A program made the translations under genes and the position numbers. The notes beneath the pieces are model-generated. The model did no database searches. It was given only the letters and a program-made list of their open reading frames with translations, and was not told where the DNA came from. Of a DNA stretch of 64,000 nucleotides, positions 1-12,687 are shown one piece after another; the first letter of the stretch is position 1; the number at the start of each line of letters is the position of its first letter. Source of the DNA: Nitrosopumilus sp. (GTDB lineage: Archaea; Thermoproteota; Nitrososphaeria; Nitrososphaerales; Nitrosopumilaceae); the NCBI GenBank assembly GCA_965238275.1, contig OZ250186.1:1632001-1696000 (forward strand), read 5' to 3'.

Positions 1-303
1 CCGATAGCCCTTGAGGCAAAGATGATCATCGACGCCTCCGGACACGACTCCGTGGCCGTAAAGAGGCTTGTAGACCGGGGACTGGCAAACTGGAAGGGAA
101 TGAATCCAATGTACGTCAACGAGGGCGAAGAGCATGTAGTCCACAAGACCGGCGAGATATACCCCGGACTGGTGGCAGCCGGCATGTCAGTTACAGAGAC
201 CTACGGACTCTCAAGGATGGGCCCGACATTCGGTTCCATGCTGTTCTCAGGAAAGCGGGCAGCCGAGATTACGGCAGAAAAGATCCGGGAACTGGAAAGA
301 TAG
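1..303 (+). CDS. thi4: Thiazole synthase Thi4, C-terminal part (5'-truncated by window edge)
   Basis: IDASGHD ... GMSV..TYGLSRMGPTFGSMLFSG is the Thi4 C-terminal signature; frame open from position 1. Confidence 0.85.
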   Translation, partial: PIALEAKMIIDASGHDSVAVKRLVDRGLANWKGMNPMYVNEGEEHVVHKTGEIYPGLVAAGMSVTETYGLSRMGPTFGSMLFSGKRAAEITAEKIRELER

Positions 304-309
304 TCCCTG

Positions 310-1023
310 TTGAAAATCTCCAAGATTATCCTCTGTAAAGAGCACGCATCCCCGGCAACCGATACTGGCCCGCTGAAGCAATTCCTTTCAGAGACGTTCG
401 GGGTTGCCGTGGAGACAGGCGGGGATCTGTCCGGTGATGTGGCGCGTACCAGGATTCTTGATCTGAAGAGGCCGTTTCAGAAGCATCCCCCCGGGGCAGA
501 CATGACTGCAGTTGATGAGGAATTCAGGGCGTACGACGGATTCGAGCTTCAAAGGGTTCTGCGGGAGGAGTGCATCAGGGACCACACTGCAGATACGCTT
601 TACATAGTAATTACGGACAGGCTGACCTGCACGTTTGATGCAGGCGACTTTAGGTATCATGCAAGGGCGGTAATCTGCGCCAACCCCGCAATAGTATCCA
701 CCACCGGCATGGTGGAGGCGCCGGCAAAGCCAAAACAGTACTATCTGGATGTGATATCAGGCCTCTCGAAGGATGATGCAGACGGCATCCGTCAAAGGTA
801 TGGGGGCCGGTTTTTGGAGCACTGCGACCCCCGCATACCGGAGGTCATGAAGGGTTATCTCCTCCAGGCGGTGATGTACTACGAGACCGGGGATGCGTTT
901 TGCAGCGATGCCGAGTGCAGGCTTAACAACTCGCACTGGCAGGAGGATCTGCTGCGCCTGCAGCTGGGAACCAGAACGCTCTGCCCAATGCACCAACGGA
1001 TTATCCGGCAACTGCGCCGCTGA
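310..1023 (+). CDS. Conserved archaeal hypothetical protein, putative metallopeptidase (DUF6775-like)
   Basis: RYHARAVI, STTGMVEAPAKP and C-x4-CRL-NSHWQEDL motifs; TTG start. Confidence 0.6.
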   Translation: MKISKIILCKEHASPATDTGPLKQFLSETFGVAVETGGDLSGDVARTRILDLKRPFQKHPPGADMTAVDEEFRAYDGFELQRVLREECIRDHTADTLYIVITDRLTCTFDAGDFRYHARAVICANPAIVSTTGMVEAPAKPKQYYLDVISGLSKDDADGIRQRYGGRFLEHCDPRIPEVMKGYLLQAVMYYETGDAFCSDAECRLNNSHWQEDLLRLQLGTRTLCPMHQRIIRQLRR

Positions 1024-1204
1024 CAGCATCTGCTGTAGAATATATGGCTGCAGGGAATCTCATCAAAAGACACAGGGTCTGCGGAAAAGAATTCGCGGCC
1101 CATCTGCGGATCACGGATGCGTGTTCAAGCGCTCAATGTGGTTTATGCAACAGCCCCTTCTGCAGATTAACACTTAATTGCATATATTCTGCATACTAAT
1201 CAAA

Positions 1205-3884
<2,680 letters not shown>

Positions 3885-4116
3885 CAACCTCTGGGTACGT
3901 CCATTGATCATGGCCATTCCTGTGCCTGCCGCGCACCCGATATCCGTCCGGTTTTTGGTCGTACCTTGGAATCAAGTGCCTGCCTATTACTATGTTCATC
4001 CTGCCCGGCAGTCCTAATTGTTCTGTTTTGGCTGGCCAATTTTCTGCTTTTTGAACACATTTGCGAAGACCGTCTGTCTCTAATAACTTAAATTATTGGA
4101 AAAATGAGCCACCCTC

Positions 4117-5118
4117 ATGATGGCCGCAGATGCAAGCGCTGCCCTTCTGGAGGGCAGGGATGACGGTCCCAAGGTGCCGGACAAAAAGAAGACAAAGTTT
4201 GACGTGATAATAATCGGCGCAGGCCCTGCAGGGTACACTGCGGGAATCTACTGCTCAAGGGCAGGACATGACACGCTTATTCTGTCCGGAATTCTTCCAG
4301 GCGGGCAGCTGGTCAACACCACCGACGTGGAGAACTATCCGGGATTTGAAAAGGGCATAATGGGCCCTGACCTCATGATCGAGATGAGAAAGCAGTGCCA
4401 GCGGATGGGGACCACCATCGTAGACGACCAGGTGACAGATGTTGATTTCAGGCACAAGCCCCTCAAGGCCCTGACTGCATCCGAGGAGTACGAGGGGCGG
4501 GCAGTAATAATTGCAACCGGTGCAAACCCCCGAAAGCTCGGGCTGGACAGCGAGACGGTATTTGCCGGAAAGGGGGTATCGTACTGTGCTACGTGCGACG
4601 GGCCGTTCTTTAGAAACCAGGACATCGTCGTGGCAGGCGGCGGGGATTCTGCAATAGAGGAGGCCACATTTCTGACCAAGTTTGCCACCACCGTCCACTT
4701 GGTACACCGAAGGGAGGAGCTGCGCGCAAGCAAGGTGATGCAGCAGAGGGCCTTTGACAACAAAAAGATACAATTCCATTGGAACTCGTCAGTAGCCGGC
4801 GTCATTGGCGACCAGAGGGTGCAGCAGGTGGTTCTTAAGAACCTGAAGACCGGCCAGGAGAGCACGCTTGATGCAGGGGCCCTCTTTGTTGCCATAGGAC
4901 ACGAACCCAACACGGACATGTTCAAGAACCAGATTGATCTGGACGAGAACGGATACATTGCACTTGGAAAGGGAACCCACACGAACATGGACGGCGTGTT
5001 TGCAGCAGGCGACGTGCACGACAGGCGATACAGGCAGGCGGTCACTGCGGCCGGTTTTGGATGCATGGCTGCCATCGACGTTGACAAATATTTTGAAGAG
5101 TCTGGCACCGCTGCGTAG
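4117..5118 (+). CDS. trxB: Thioredoxin-disulfide reductase
   Basis: GAGPAG FAD site, CATCDG active site, GGGDSA NADPH site, FAAGDV. Confidence 0.95.
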   Translation: MMAADASAALLEGRDDGPKVPDKKKTKFDVIIIGAGPAGYTAGIYCSRAGHDTLILSGILPGGQLVNTTDVENYPGFEKGIMGPDLMIEMRKQCQRMGTTIVDDQVTDVDFRHKPLKALTASEEYEGRAVIIATGANPRKLGLDSETVFAGKGVSYCATCDGPFFRNQDIVVAGGGDSAIEEATFLTKFATTVHLVHRREELRASKVMQQRAFDNKKIQFHWNSSVAGVIGDQRVQQVVLKNLKTGQESTLDAGALFVAIGHEPNTDMFKNQIDLDENGYIALGKGTHTNMDGVFAAGDVHDRRYRQAVTAAGFGCMAAIDVDKYFEESGTAA

Positions 5119-5140
5119 TTGCCACCGCACAAACAATGTC

Positions 5141-5153
5141 AAAAATTTATAAC
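5141..5153 (+). promoter_or_regulatory. Archaeal BRE/TATA-like element upstream of sulfite reductase
   Basis: AAAAATTTATAAC in a GC-rich context; spacing favours a TTG start at 5177 over ATG 5162. Confidence 0.5.
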
Positions 5154-5161
5154 CGTAACGA

Positions 5162-6979
5162 ATGAATGATACCCTGTTGACCGAACCCCACCTCAAACAA
5201 GTCATGCCTGATTCTGCCGGAATCGACTGGTCCCGAACCGAGGAGGCAGACAACTTTGCAAAGACTGTGAAGATGTTCCGCCAGGGGTGGTATGACGCAA
5301 ACAGCTTTAGGCGGTTTCGGCTCCAGCACGGCGCATACGGCACCAGGATGACTGGCGACTATGCCATGGTGAGAATCAAGATTCCGGCAGGCGAGGTCTA
5401 TCCAAAACAGCTTGAAAAGATATCCCGGCTAAGCGAGCAGTACTCGATCGGCAGCGCGCACCTGTCCACCCGGGAGAACGTGCAGCTCCACTGGGTGGTC
5501 CTCGAGGACGTCTCTGAGATATTCCGGGAGCTTGCACAGGTGGGCCTGACATCAAGGGAGGCGTGCGGAAACACCGTAAGAAACGTCATGTGCAGTCCGC
5601 TCTCCGGCGTGTGTCCTGCCGAGGCCTTTGATGCAACACCGTACTCCCTTGCGACTGCAAGATTCTTTCTAAGGAACCCCATGGCACAGAACCTTCCCCG
5701 CAAGTTCAAATTCAACTTTACATGCTGTGAGATGCACGGCATGGCCCGCATGGTCGATGTGGGGCTGATTCCCCAGGTACGGCAGCAAGGCGGCCAGACC
5801 CAGAAGGGATTCAAGGTATTTCTGGGCGGGGGGCTTGGAAACAAGTCGTACGTGGGCCACCAGCTGGAGGATTTCACTCCAGAGGAGGATCTTCTGCACA
5901 CCTCGATTGCAGTGGTCAGGCTCTTTGACAGGCTTGGAGACAGAAAAAACCTTGCAAGGAACAGGATGCGCTATCTTGTACATGAAATGGGATGGGAAAA
6001 GTTCCAGAATCTGGTCCTCAAGGAGAGGGCCATCGTCAGGGCGACCCAGTCGGTGGTTACGAAGCTTCAAGTCGATGTCACCCCTGCTGAAATCAGGCGC
6101 CCAATCACGGTATCTGATGAAAGCGGTGCGCCCATACCTGACGGCTATGCAAGGTGGCTCAAGACAAACACCCTGTCCCAGCGGCAGCCCGGATACAGTT
6201 CCGTGTTTGTCACACTTGAGGCAGGCGACATAACTGCCAGCCAGCTTGATGCCATGGCCCAGATAATACGCGACTATTCTGCAGAAGGCAAGGCAAGGTG
6301 CGGGTTCATCCAAAACCTGGCACTGCGGTACGTGCACAGGGATGATCTGCCACTACTCTACTCTCGGCTTTTGGATGCCGGGCTTGCAAAATCCGGCGCC
6401 CTCACGATGGCAGCCCCAATCGGATGCTCAGGCACCACCTCGTGCAACCTTGCCCTGACAAACTCGCACCGGCTTGCCAAGGAGATTCAAAGAAAGTTCC
6501 TTGAACTGAACATGGATGTGGACGATGATCTTCGCGACTCGTCAATCAAGATAAGCGGCTGCCCCAACTCCTGCGGGCAGCATGGCATAGCAACCATCGG
6601 ATTCTTTGGGGGAGGCGCGCGTGTCGGCAAGGACATGTATCCAAACTATCAGATGTCCCTTGGAGGCCGCTCAGACGGGGATACGATGCTCGGAATGACG
6701 TGCATCAGGGTTCCTGCAAAGAGGGTGATTACTGTAATTCTCAAAATCATTGATCTGTTCAGGGAGCACAAGAAACCCGGCGACACCCTCCAGTCGTGGA
6801 TTCACCGGGTCGTCAACGGCGGCGGGGACTCTGGGATCAACTCAATCAAGGACATCCAAGGCGTGCTTGCGCCGCTGGTCGCGCCTCCCACAAAGGACGA
6901 TGATCCTGACTTTTATCTGGACTATGGCAGCGACACCAGCTATCACACAAAGACTGGAAAGGGTGAGTGTGCTGCTTGA
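5162..6979 (+). CDS. Ferredoxin-dependent sulfite/nitrite reductase (siroheme, 4Fe-4S)
   Basis: STRENVQLH, CGNTVRN, LPRKFK, CSGTTSC and SGCPNSCG motifs. Confidence 0.9.
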   Translation: MNDTLLTEPHLKQVMPDSAGIDWSRTEEADNFAKTVKMFRQGWYDANSFRRFRLQHGAYGTRMTGDYAMVRIKIPAGEVYPKQLEKISRLSEQYSIGSAHLSTRENVQLHWVVLEDVSEIFRELAQVGLTSREACGNTVRNVMCSPLSGVCPAEAFDATPYSLATARFFLRNPMAQNLPRKFKFNFTCCEMHGMARMVDVGLIPQVRQQGGQTQKGFKVFLGGGLGNKSYVGHQLEDFTPEEDLLHTSIAVVRLFDRLGDRKNLARNRMRYLVHEMGWEKFQNLVLKERAIVRATQSVVTKLQVDVTPAEIRRPITVSDESGAPIPDGYARWLKTNTLSQRQPGYSSVFVTLEAGDITASQLDAMAQIIRDYSAEGKARCGFIQNLALRYVHRDDLPLLYSRLLDAGLAKSGALTMAAPIGCSGTTSCNLALTNSHRLAKEIQRKFLELNMDVDDDLRDSSIKISGCPNSCGQHGIATIGFFGGGARVGKDMYPNYQMSLGGRSDGDTMLGMTCIRVPAKRVITVILKIIDLFREHKKPGDTLQSWIHRVVNGGGDSGINSIKDIQGVLAPLVAPPTKDDDPDFYLDYGSDTSYHTKTGKGECAA

Positions 6980-7162
6980 GATCCGAGGACATGACTCTGG
7001 ATGCAGACTCGTTACGCTCTGAGATAGCAGACCGGAGCATCAGGGTAATCGATTAAGGCGGAAGAACGACTACGCAGGATCACATTCCGGGCTCTGTAAA
7101 CCTGCCTCTGGCATCCGTTGCTGCTCGGCGGCGTGCTGCTGCTGCTGCTGCTGCCGGCACGG

Positions 7163-8317
7163 TCAGGAGATCTCGTTTCTGAGCTTCTTTGTAATGGTAA
7201 CTTCCACGTTGTCAAGGAGTACCAACATCTTGTCCTTGTTCTCTGTGATGTAGTCCTCTCCCCTGTCCCTTAGCCTGATCTTCCACAGCCTGATCTCCCT
7301 GTGCTCGTCAAAGAAGTTCTCAATCATGTGCATGCCTGACTTTTCGGGGTCGACAAACTCGTCAAATACGTCGATGGTCTTCTGTACGTTCCCCTCCTCT
7401 ATCGACTCCCTTGCCGCATGGATGGCCTGGCTCAGCTTCTTCAGGTTCTTGACAGGCTTTGGCAGGGTCTTTCGCGTGATGCCAAACAGCCCCTTCTTCG
7501 CCTTGCCCATCTTGTCTGCAACATTGGGGGCCAGATCATAAATTGGAATCCTGCTCAGCCCCTCCCGTTTTTCATTCTGCACTATCAGGCCCTTCTCGAG
7601 CAGCTTCTTTAGGGCCTTTTCGGCGTCTATCTTGTCAAGAAACGTGGTCCACACAATGGCGCCGATCGTGTGGTATCCCTGCCTGACGGACTCTAGAACC
7701 ACCACCTCCTGAATCCTCTTGAACCCCTCCTCAATCCTTACATTGATAAAATCCGTGTCCCTGATGGATTTTCTTGCGTTCTTGACGTCAATCTCAATGG
7801 AGCGCTTGAGGGCCTCAAGGGACTCTGGAATCTGGTTCAACAGGGACAGAAAGCAGGCCTTGTTGTACCATGCCATTCCAAAGGTAGGATCCGTCTCGAT
7901 GGCCTTTTCAACTGAGTTAAGCGCCTTGGAGTAGTTCTTTTGCTCGTAATGGACCAGCCCCTTCAGGTTCCACGCATCCGGGTTTGTAACATCTATGTCC
8001 AAAACCCTGTCATAGACTCTTAGCGCCTCGTCATGCTCGTCTAGGTGAAACCTTGTATATCCAAGCTTTAGCAGCGTCTCTATGCTGTCCGGGTCAATAC
8101 GCAGTGCCATCTCAAAGACGGCTGTCGCATCCTCTAGCTTCTCGTCGGCCATCAGGTTGATGCCTTTTTTAAACAATTTTTTGCGGTTATAATCCGGATC
8201 AACCAGGCTGGTCTCCTCTTTTGCCGTCTTTGGAATGACCTCCTCCGGCTTGTCCTCCTCCGGCTTGGAACTATCTGATTTGCCGTCCTTTGATTTCCTT
8301 CCGAATGGCTTCTTCAC
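7163..8317 (-). CDS. Tetratricopeptide repeat protein
   Basis: Several TPR units (AWNLKGLVHY..KNYSKAL; AWYNKAC). Confidence 0.85.
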   Translation of the reverse strand: MKKPFGRKSKDGKSDSSKPEEDKPEEVIPKTAKEETSLVDPDYNRKKLFKKGINLMADEKLEDATAVFEMALRIDPDSIETLLKLGYTRFHLDEHDEALRVYDRVLDIDVTNPDAWNLKGLVHYEQKNYSKALNSVEKAIETDPTFGMAWYNKACFLSLLNQIPESLEALKRSIEIDVKNARKSIRDTDFINVRIEEGFKRIQEVVVLESVRQGYHTIGAIVWTTFLDKIDAEKALKKLLEKGLIVQNEKREGLSRIPIYDLAPNVADKMGKAKKGLFGITRKTLPKPVKNLKKLSQAIHAARESIEEGNVQKTIDVFDEFVDPEKSGMHMIENFFDEHREIRLWKIRLRDRGEDYITENKDKMLVLLDNVEVTITKKLRNEIS

Positions 8318-8599
8318 TAGCTCAAAATACAGACTTGTCCAGATAAATACTCTCCTTAATTCATCCCATACGTGCCCAAGATGTCGGGTATGTGGGGGCG
8401 TCTCAAAACCCGCAACCCTGTTCTGCTGTAATTGAATTGCGTGTCAGGACAGACATCCGTGCACCGACTGTATGGGACCCATCAGGATATGCTCCGGCGG
8501 ATATGTCCGGGTTTTGTGTCTGGATTTTATGAAATGCTACATTGGAATTCGTATCCGGGAATAAACCGGCACATCAAAGCAATCTAAATATAAAAATAC

Positions 8600-10450
8600 A
8601 TGGAGCCCACACAAACGATCATGTCATCGAAGCCGCGAATACAGATTCATGGCCGTGCACCATTCAAACAATCCGGCGTTTATGAGACCATAATCTCAAT
8701 TACCGACTCCATGCCGTCAGAGCCGGATATAGTATCTGGCAAGTTTTCATCCCTGTGGAGTGATACGTTTCATCTGCGGGTCAAGGACGGAATGTTCTCT
8801 GAGACCCTTGGCACTCCGGAGAATCCGCTGCCTGCATCCATTGACACACTTGATAAAATTTGTATTGTTGTAACTGATCAGTTCTCCTCACTGCACTCCG
8901 CGTTTGATGTTCCCCTGGAGCAGGCACAGGGCAAGACTGGCACTGAACCCCCCAAACCCAAATCATCACCTAAATCCGCCCCAACCACTGCTGGTGGTGG
9001 CAGTGGTGGCAAAACACCGCCTGCAGGCCGCACAAGGCGTTCTACTGCAAGTACTCAGAGTGGTGTGAGTTCTGTCGGCGCTTCTGGCAGCAGGGATCTG
9101 TCTGAATACAAGGGCCCCACAGGCGACAAGGGATCGCGGGGCGACAAGGGATCGCGGGGCGACAAGGGCGAGAGAGGGGCATACGGCCCGCCCGGCGACA
9201 AGGGACCGCAGGGAGACAAGGGACTTACAGGCGACAAGGGCGAGAGAGGGGCATACGGCCCGCCCGGCGACAAGGGACCTGCAGGTAGCAAGGGATCGCA
9301 GGGCGACAAGGGCGAGAGGGGGGCATACGGCTCGTCCGGCGACAAGGGACCTGCAGGCGACAAGGGACCGCAGGGAGACAAGGGCGACAAGGGAGATCGG
9401 GGGGGCAGAGGCCCGCCCGGCCCTGCCGGCGACAAGGGGACAAAGGGCCCCACAGGCACGCTTGGCGACAAGGGCGACAAGGGACTCATGGGCTCCACAG
9501 GCGACAAGGGCTCCACAGGCGACATGGGATTGCAAGGCGACAAGGGCTCCACAGGCGACAAGGGTCTCCTAGGACATATGGGTGACAAGGGACTAACCGG
9601 CAAACCAGGTTTGGTCGGGGACAGGGGCTCCACAGGCGACAAGGGCCCCCCAGGCCAGATGGGCGACAAGGGACTAACCGGCAAACCAGGTTTGGTCGGA
9701 GACAAGGGCCCCACAGGCCCCACAGGCATCCAGGGTGAAAAGGGAATGCAGGGTCCTACTGGCTTAATTGGTGACAAAGGTATTACAGGCGACAAGGGCC
9801 CCTTGGGCATCCAGGGCGACAAGGGCAAACAAGGCCCCACAGGCGACAAGGGCCTCACAGGCCCCGTAGGCATCCAGGGCGACAAGGGAATCCAAGGCCT
9901 GATAGGCGAAAAGGGCCGACAGGGCCAGGCCGGAGAAAAGGGCCGACAGGGCCAGGCCGGAGAAAAGGGCATCCAGGGCTCACAAGGCCCTGTGGGACCC
10001 AAGGGCCTTACAGGCGTTCCGGGTCCCCAGGGAGAAAAGGGTGAAAAAGGCCCACATGGCCCGCCCGGCGACAAGGGCCTTACGGGCTCTACCGGCCTGT
10101 CTGGGGACAAAGGTTCGCAGGGTCCGCAGGGTCCGCAGGGTGAACGGGGAGTACCCGGTTCTTCAGGCGACAAGGGGCCCCAAGGACCACTGGGAATTCA
10201 AGGCCCACAAGGCGAGCGCGGTCCACCAGGCCCTGCCGGCTTTCCCGGAGAACAGGGACCAGTCGGAGAACAGGGACCAGTCGGGCCGGTGGGTTCAAGA
10301 GGACCTCCGGGCCCTCCAGGAGAGAAGGGGCCGTCAGGCGGAATGTCCCTGGAGCAAAAGGCGCTCTTTAAGGATCTTTTGGAGATACTGACCAACAAGG
10401 ACGTAATTACAACCGAAGAACAGATCAAGCTGATGAGCTATTTTTACTAG
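8600..10450 (+). CDS. Collagen-like (Gly-X-Y) protein with N-terminal globular domain and short C-terminal helical domain
   Basis: About 1.2 kb of continuous Gly-X-Y rich in GDK/GPQ/GEK. Confidence 0.9.
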   Translation: MEPTQTIMSSKPRIQIHGRAPFKQSGVYETIISITDSMPSEPDIVSGKFSSLWSDTFHLRVKDGMFSETLGTPENPLPASIDTLDKICIVVTDQFSSLHSAFDVPLEQAQGKTGTEPPKPKSSPKSAPTTAGGGSGGKTPPAGRTRRSTASTQSGVSSVGASGSRDLSEYKGPTGDKGSRGDKGSRGDKGERGAYGPPGDKGPQGDKGLTGDKGERGAYGPPGDKGPAGSKGSQGDKGERGAYGSSGDKGPAGDKGPQGDKGDKGDRGGRGPPGPAGDKGTKGPTGTLGDKGDKGLMGSTGDKGSTGDMGLQGDKGSTGDKGLLGHMGDKGLTGKPGLVGDRGSTGDKGPPGQMGDKGLTGKPGLVGDKGPTGPTGIQGEKGMQGPTGLIGDKGITGDKGPLGIQGDKGKQGPTGDKGLTGPVGIQGDKGIQGLIGEKGRQGQAGEKGRQGQAGEKGIQGSQGPVGPKGLTGVPGPQGEKGEKGPHGPPGDKGLTGSTGLSGDKGSQGPQGPQGERGVPGSSGDKGPQGPLGIQGPQGERGPPGPAGFPGEQGPVGEQGPVGPVGSRGPPGPPGEKGPSGGMSLEQKALFKDLLEILTNKDVITTEEQIKLMSYFY

Positions 10451-10611
10451 CGTCCTGCCCAATTCCCGTGTGTACTTTCCAAGTTGGACAACGCATGTCC
10501 ACCCTGTTGCATGTGGCAGGCTAATCACGGATGGCCCGCAGGATCATGTCTGCAAATGGGACTGGGGTAAAGGCACCCGTCATTGACAGCCTGTACCGGC
10601 TGATTCCTGCA

Positions 10612-10639
10612 CCATCCATCCATCCATCCATCCATCCAT
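10612..10639. repeat. (CCAT)x7 microsatellite
   Basis: Seen directly just downstream of the GTPase stop. Confidence 0.9.
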
Positions 10640-10651
10640 TCCATGAATACC

Positions 10652-11761
10652 TCACACCCCGCGCACCTTGATTATTGTCAGGACATCCTCGTCCTGCAGT
10701 ATGTGGCCCAGTCCCACCTTCTGCCCGTCAAACTTTGCACTCTTCCCCCACACCAGCCCGTATCTGAACTCACTTCGCATCCTGCGATGAATCTTGTTGC
10801 AGACGTCCTCGACGGTGTCGCCCTCCCTTGCAATTAGCGGTTCCTTGAAATCAGTCTCCCCGCCCTTTGGTCTCATGTAGATTCTGATGAACTTTAATTT
10901 CTCATATATCCTCTCCTTTAGAACATCTATGTTGATGTCCGAGTTTGCAGAGACCTCGATGACGTCCGATTCTATCTTTCCCTTCAGGTTGTCAAGAAAC
11001 TCCCTGTCCACCAGATCAATCTTGTTTAGTATGGTCAGCGCCTTGGAATAGCTGATGTTTCCGGCAATGTGGTCTGCCAGCTGCTCTGATGTTACGTCCT
11101 CGCGCGTAACCACGCGCGCACTGACAACCCCATACAGGTGAAGAATGTCCTTGAGGTGCTTTTCTGTAATCTTTGTCAGCTTTACCTGCTGCGCCACGGC
11201 GATTCCCCCAATCGAGGCCTTTTCAACCGTGATGTTTGGCGGCAGCTGGTTGAGCCTTATCCCGATGTTTTTCAGCTCGTTTACCAGCACGTTTTCATGG
11301 TACGGCTGGAACACGTCCAGTATCAGCAGTACGAGATCCGCTGACCTTGCCACCGCCAGAATTCTCTTTCCAAGGCCCTTGCCGGTGGAGGCACCCTTGA
11401 TGATTCCAGGAAGATCCAACACCTGAATCTTTGCACCCTTGTACTCCATCATTCCAGGAACCACGGTTAGCGTGGTGAACTGGAACGCCCCCACAGCCGA
11501 TTTTGCCCCCGTCATCATGTTTAGCAGTGTGGACTTTCCGACGCTTGGCAGCCCTATGAGCACCACCGTTGCATCGCCTGTCCTTCTGACATCGAACCCG
11601 TCTGACTTCATGCCGGATTTTTTGATGGTGTTCTCCTCCTGCTCCCTCTTTAGTTTGGCAATCTTTGCCTTTAGCAGCCCTATGTGGTGCTCGGTCGCCT
11701 TGTTGATCTGCGTCCGTGCCATCTCGTCTTGTATGGCTTTGATCTTTTCAGGAATTCCCAA
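10652..11761 (-). CDS. DRG/OBG-family GTPase with TGS domain
   Basis: GLPSVGKST, FTTL, DLPG, NKID motifs; likely TTG start (MGIPEKI). Confidence 0.9.
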   Translation of the reverse strand: MGIPEKIKAIQDEMARTQINKATEHHIGLLKAKIAKLKREQEENTIKKSGMKSDGFDVRRTGDATVVLIGLPSVGKSTLLNMMTGAKSAVGAFQFTTLTVVPGMMEYKGAKIQVLDLPGIIKGASTGKGLGKRILAVARSADLVLLILDVFQPYHENVLVNELKNIGIRLNQLPPNITVEKASIGGIAVAQQVKLTKITEKHLKDILHLYGVVSARVVTREDVTSEQLADHIAGNISYSKALTILNKIDLVDREFLDNLKGKIESDVIEVSANSDINIDVLKERIYEKLKFIRIYMRPKGGETDFKEPLIAREGDTVEDVCNKIHRRMRSEFRYGLVWGKSAKFDGQKVGLGHILQDEDVLTIIKVRGV

Positions 11762-11992
11762 AACTACTCGTATGTTGGTGCATTTCATTCAAATAAAATC
11801 GTACATCTGCGCCCCGGATTCCGGTGCCCGCCTGCCTGCCTGCCTGCTACAGTCGCGGCATGCTGTTGCCTCGTGCGCAGATGCGCCCCCTACGCTGCCT
11901 GCCGCGTCCGGCGGCACAGCGCATGCCTGCGGCACGCATCGGTGGCATGCTGCATGCGTAGCAAATATTATTCGGTCTGTCATACCGGTACC

Positions 11993-12685
11993 GTGAAGAA
12001 GACTTTTGCAGTTGATATTGACGGCACCATTACCGAAAACGGCGGGGGCCGGATCCATCTAGACGCACTCGGGGCGCTGCGGCGTCTGAGGGTAATCGGC
12101 CATGACGTAATATTTGTCAGCGGACGCTCGTCTGTAGAAGGGTTTTTGCTTTCGGTGTTTGGCGGCACCACCAACATCGCAGTCGGCGAGAACGGCGGGT
12201 GCATCACACTTGGCCCCGACAAGCACATTCTTCTGGGAGACATTGCACAATGCCAAAAGGCGCTGAACATGATCAAATCATGCATCGACGGCGTGCAGGA
12301 AAAGCCCGTATTTCCAAGACTGACCGAGGTTGTTCTGGAGAGGACCTTTGATTTGGATGATGCGCGGGGAATCCTCTCAGAGAACGGCATTGACGTACGA
12401 CTCTCTGACAGCATGTATGCGTACCATCTCAACTCCCCGGGAATCGACAAGGGATCCGGCTTTAAGAGAGTAATGGCCATGCAGTCGATTGCGCCTGGTG
12501 ACGTGGTTGCAATAGGGGACAGTGCCACTGACATTCCGCTTTTTGAGGTGGCAGGAACAAGCATCGCCCTTGGAAACGCGTCTGATGAGGTGCGGTCCAG
12601 GGCCAGCATGACAGTCTCGGGCAGATCAGGCGACGGCGTAATAGAGGCTCTGGACATACTGGCGCCGGGCCTGTCCGGTGTGTAG
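11993..12685 (+). CDS. HAD-family phosphoglycolate phosphatase (archaeal type)
   Basis: DIDGTIT, SGR, GENG, DKG and GDSATD motifs; GTG start. Confidence 0.85.
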   Translation: MKKTFAVDIDGTITENGGGRIHLDALGALRRLRVIGHDVIFVSGRSSVEGFLLSVFGGTTNIAVGENGGCITLGPDKHILLGDIAQCQKALNMIKSCIDGVQEKPVFPRLTEVVLERTFDLDDARGILSENGIDVRLSDSMYAYHLNSPGIDKGSGFKRVMAMQSIAPGDVVAIGDSATDIPLFEVAGTSIALGNASDEVRSRASMTVSGRSGDGVIEALDILAPGLSGV

Positions 12686-12687
12686 CG

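Noticed and set aside
9055-10173. 372-aa Pro-rich antisense ORF
   Set aside because: Shadow of the Gly-X-Y codons on the opposite strand
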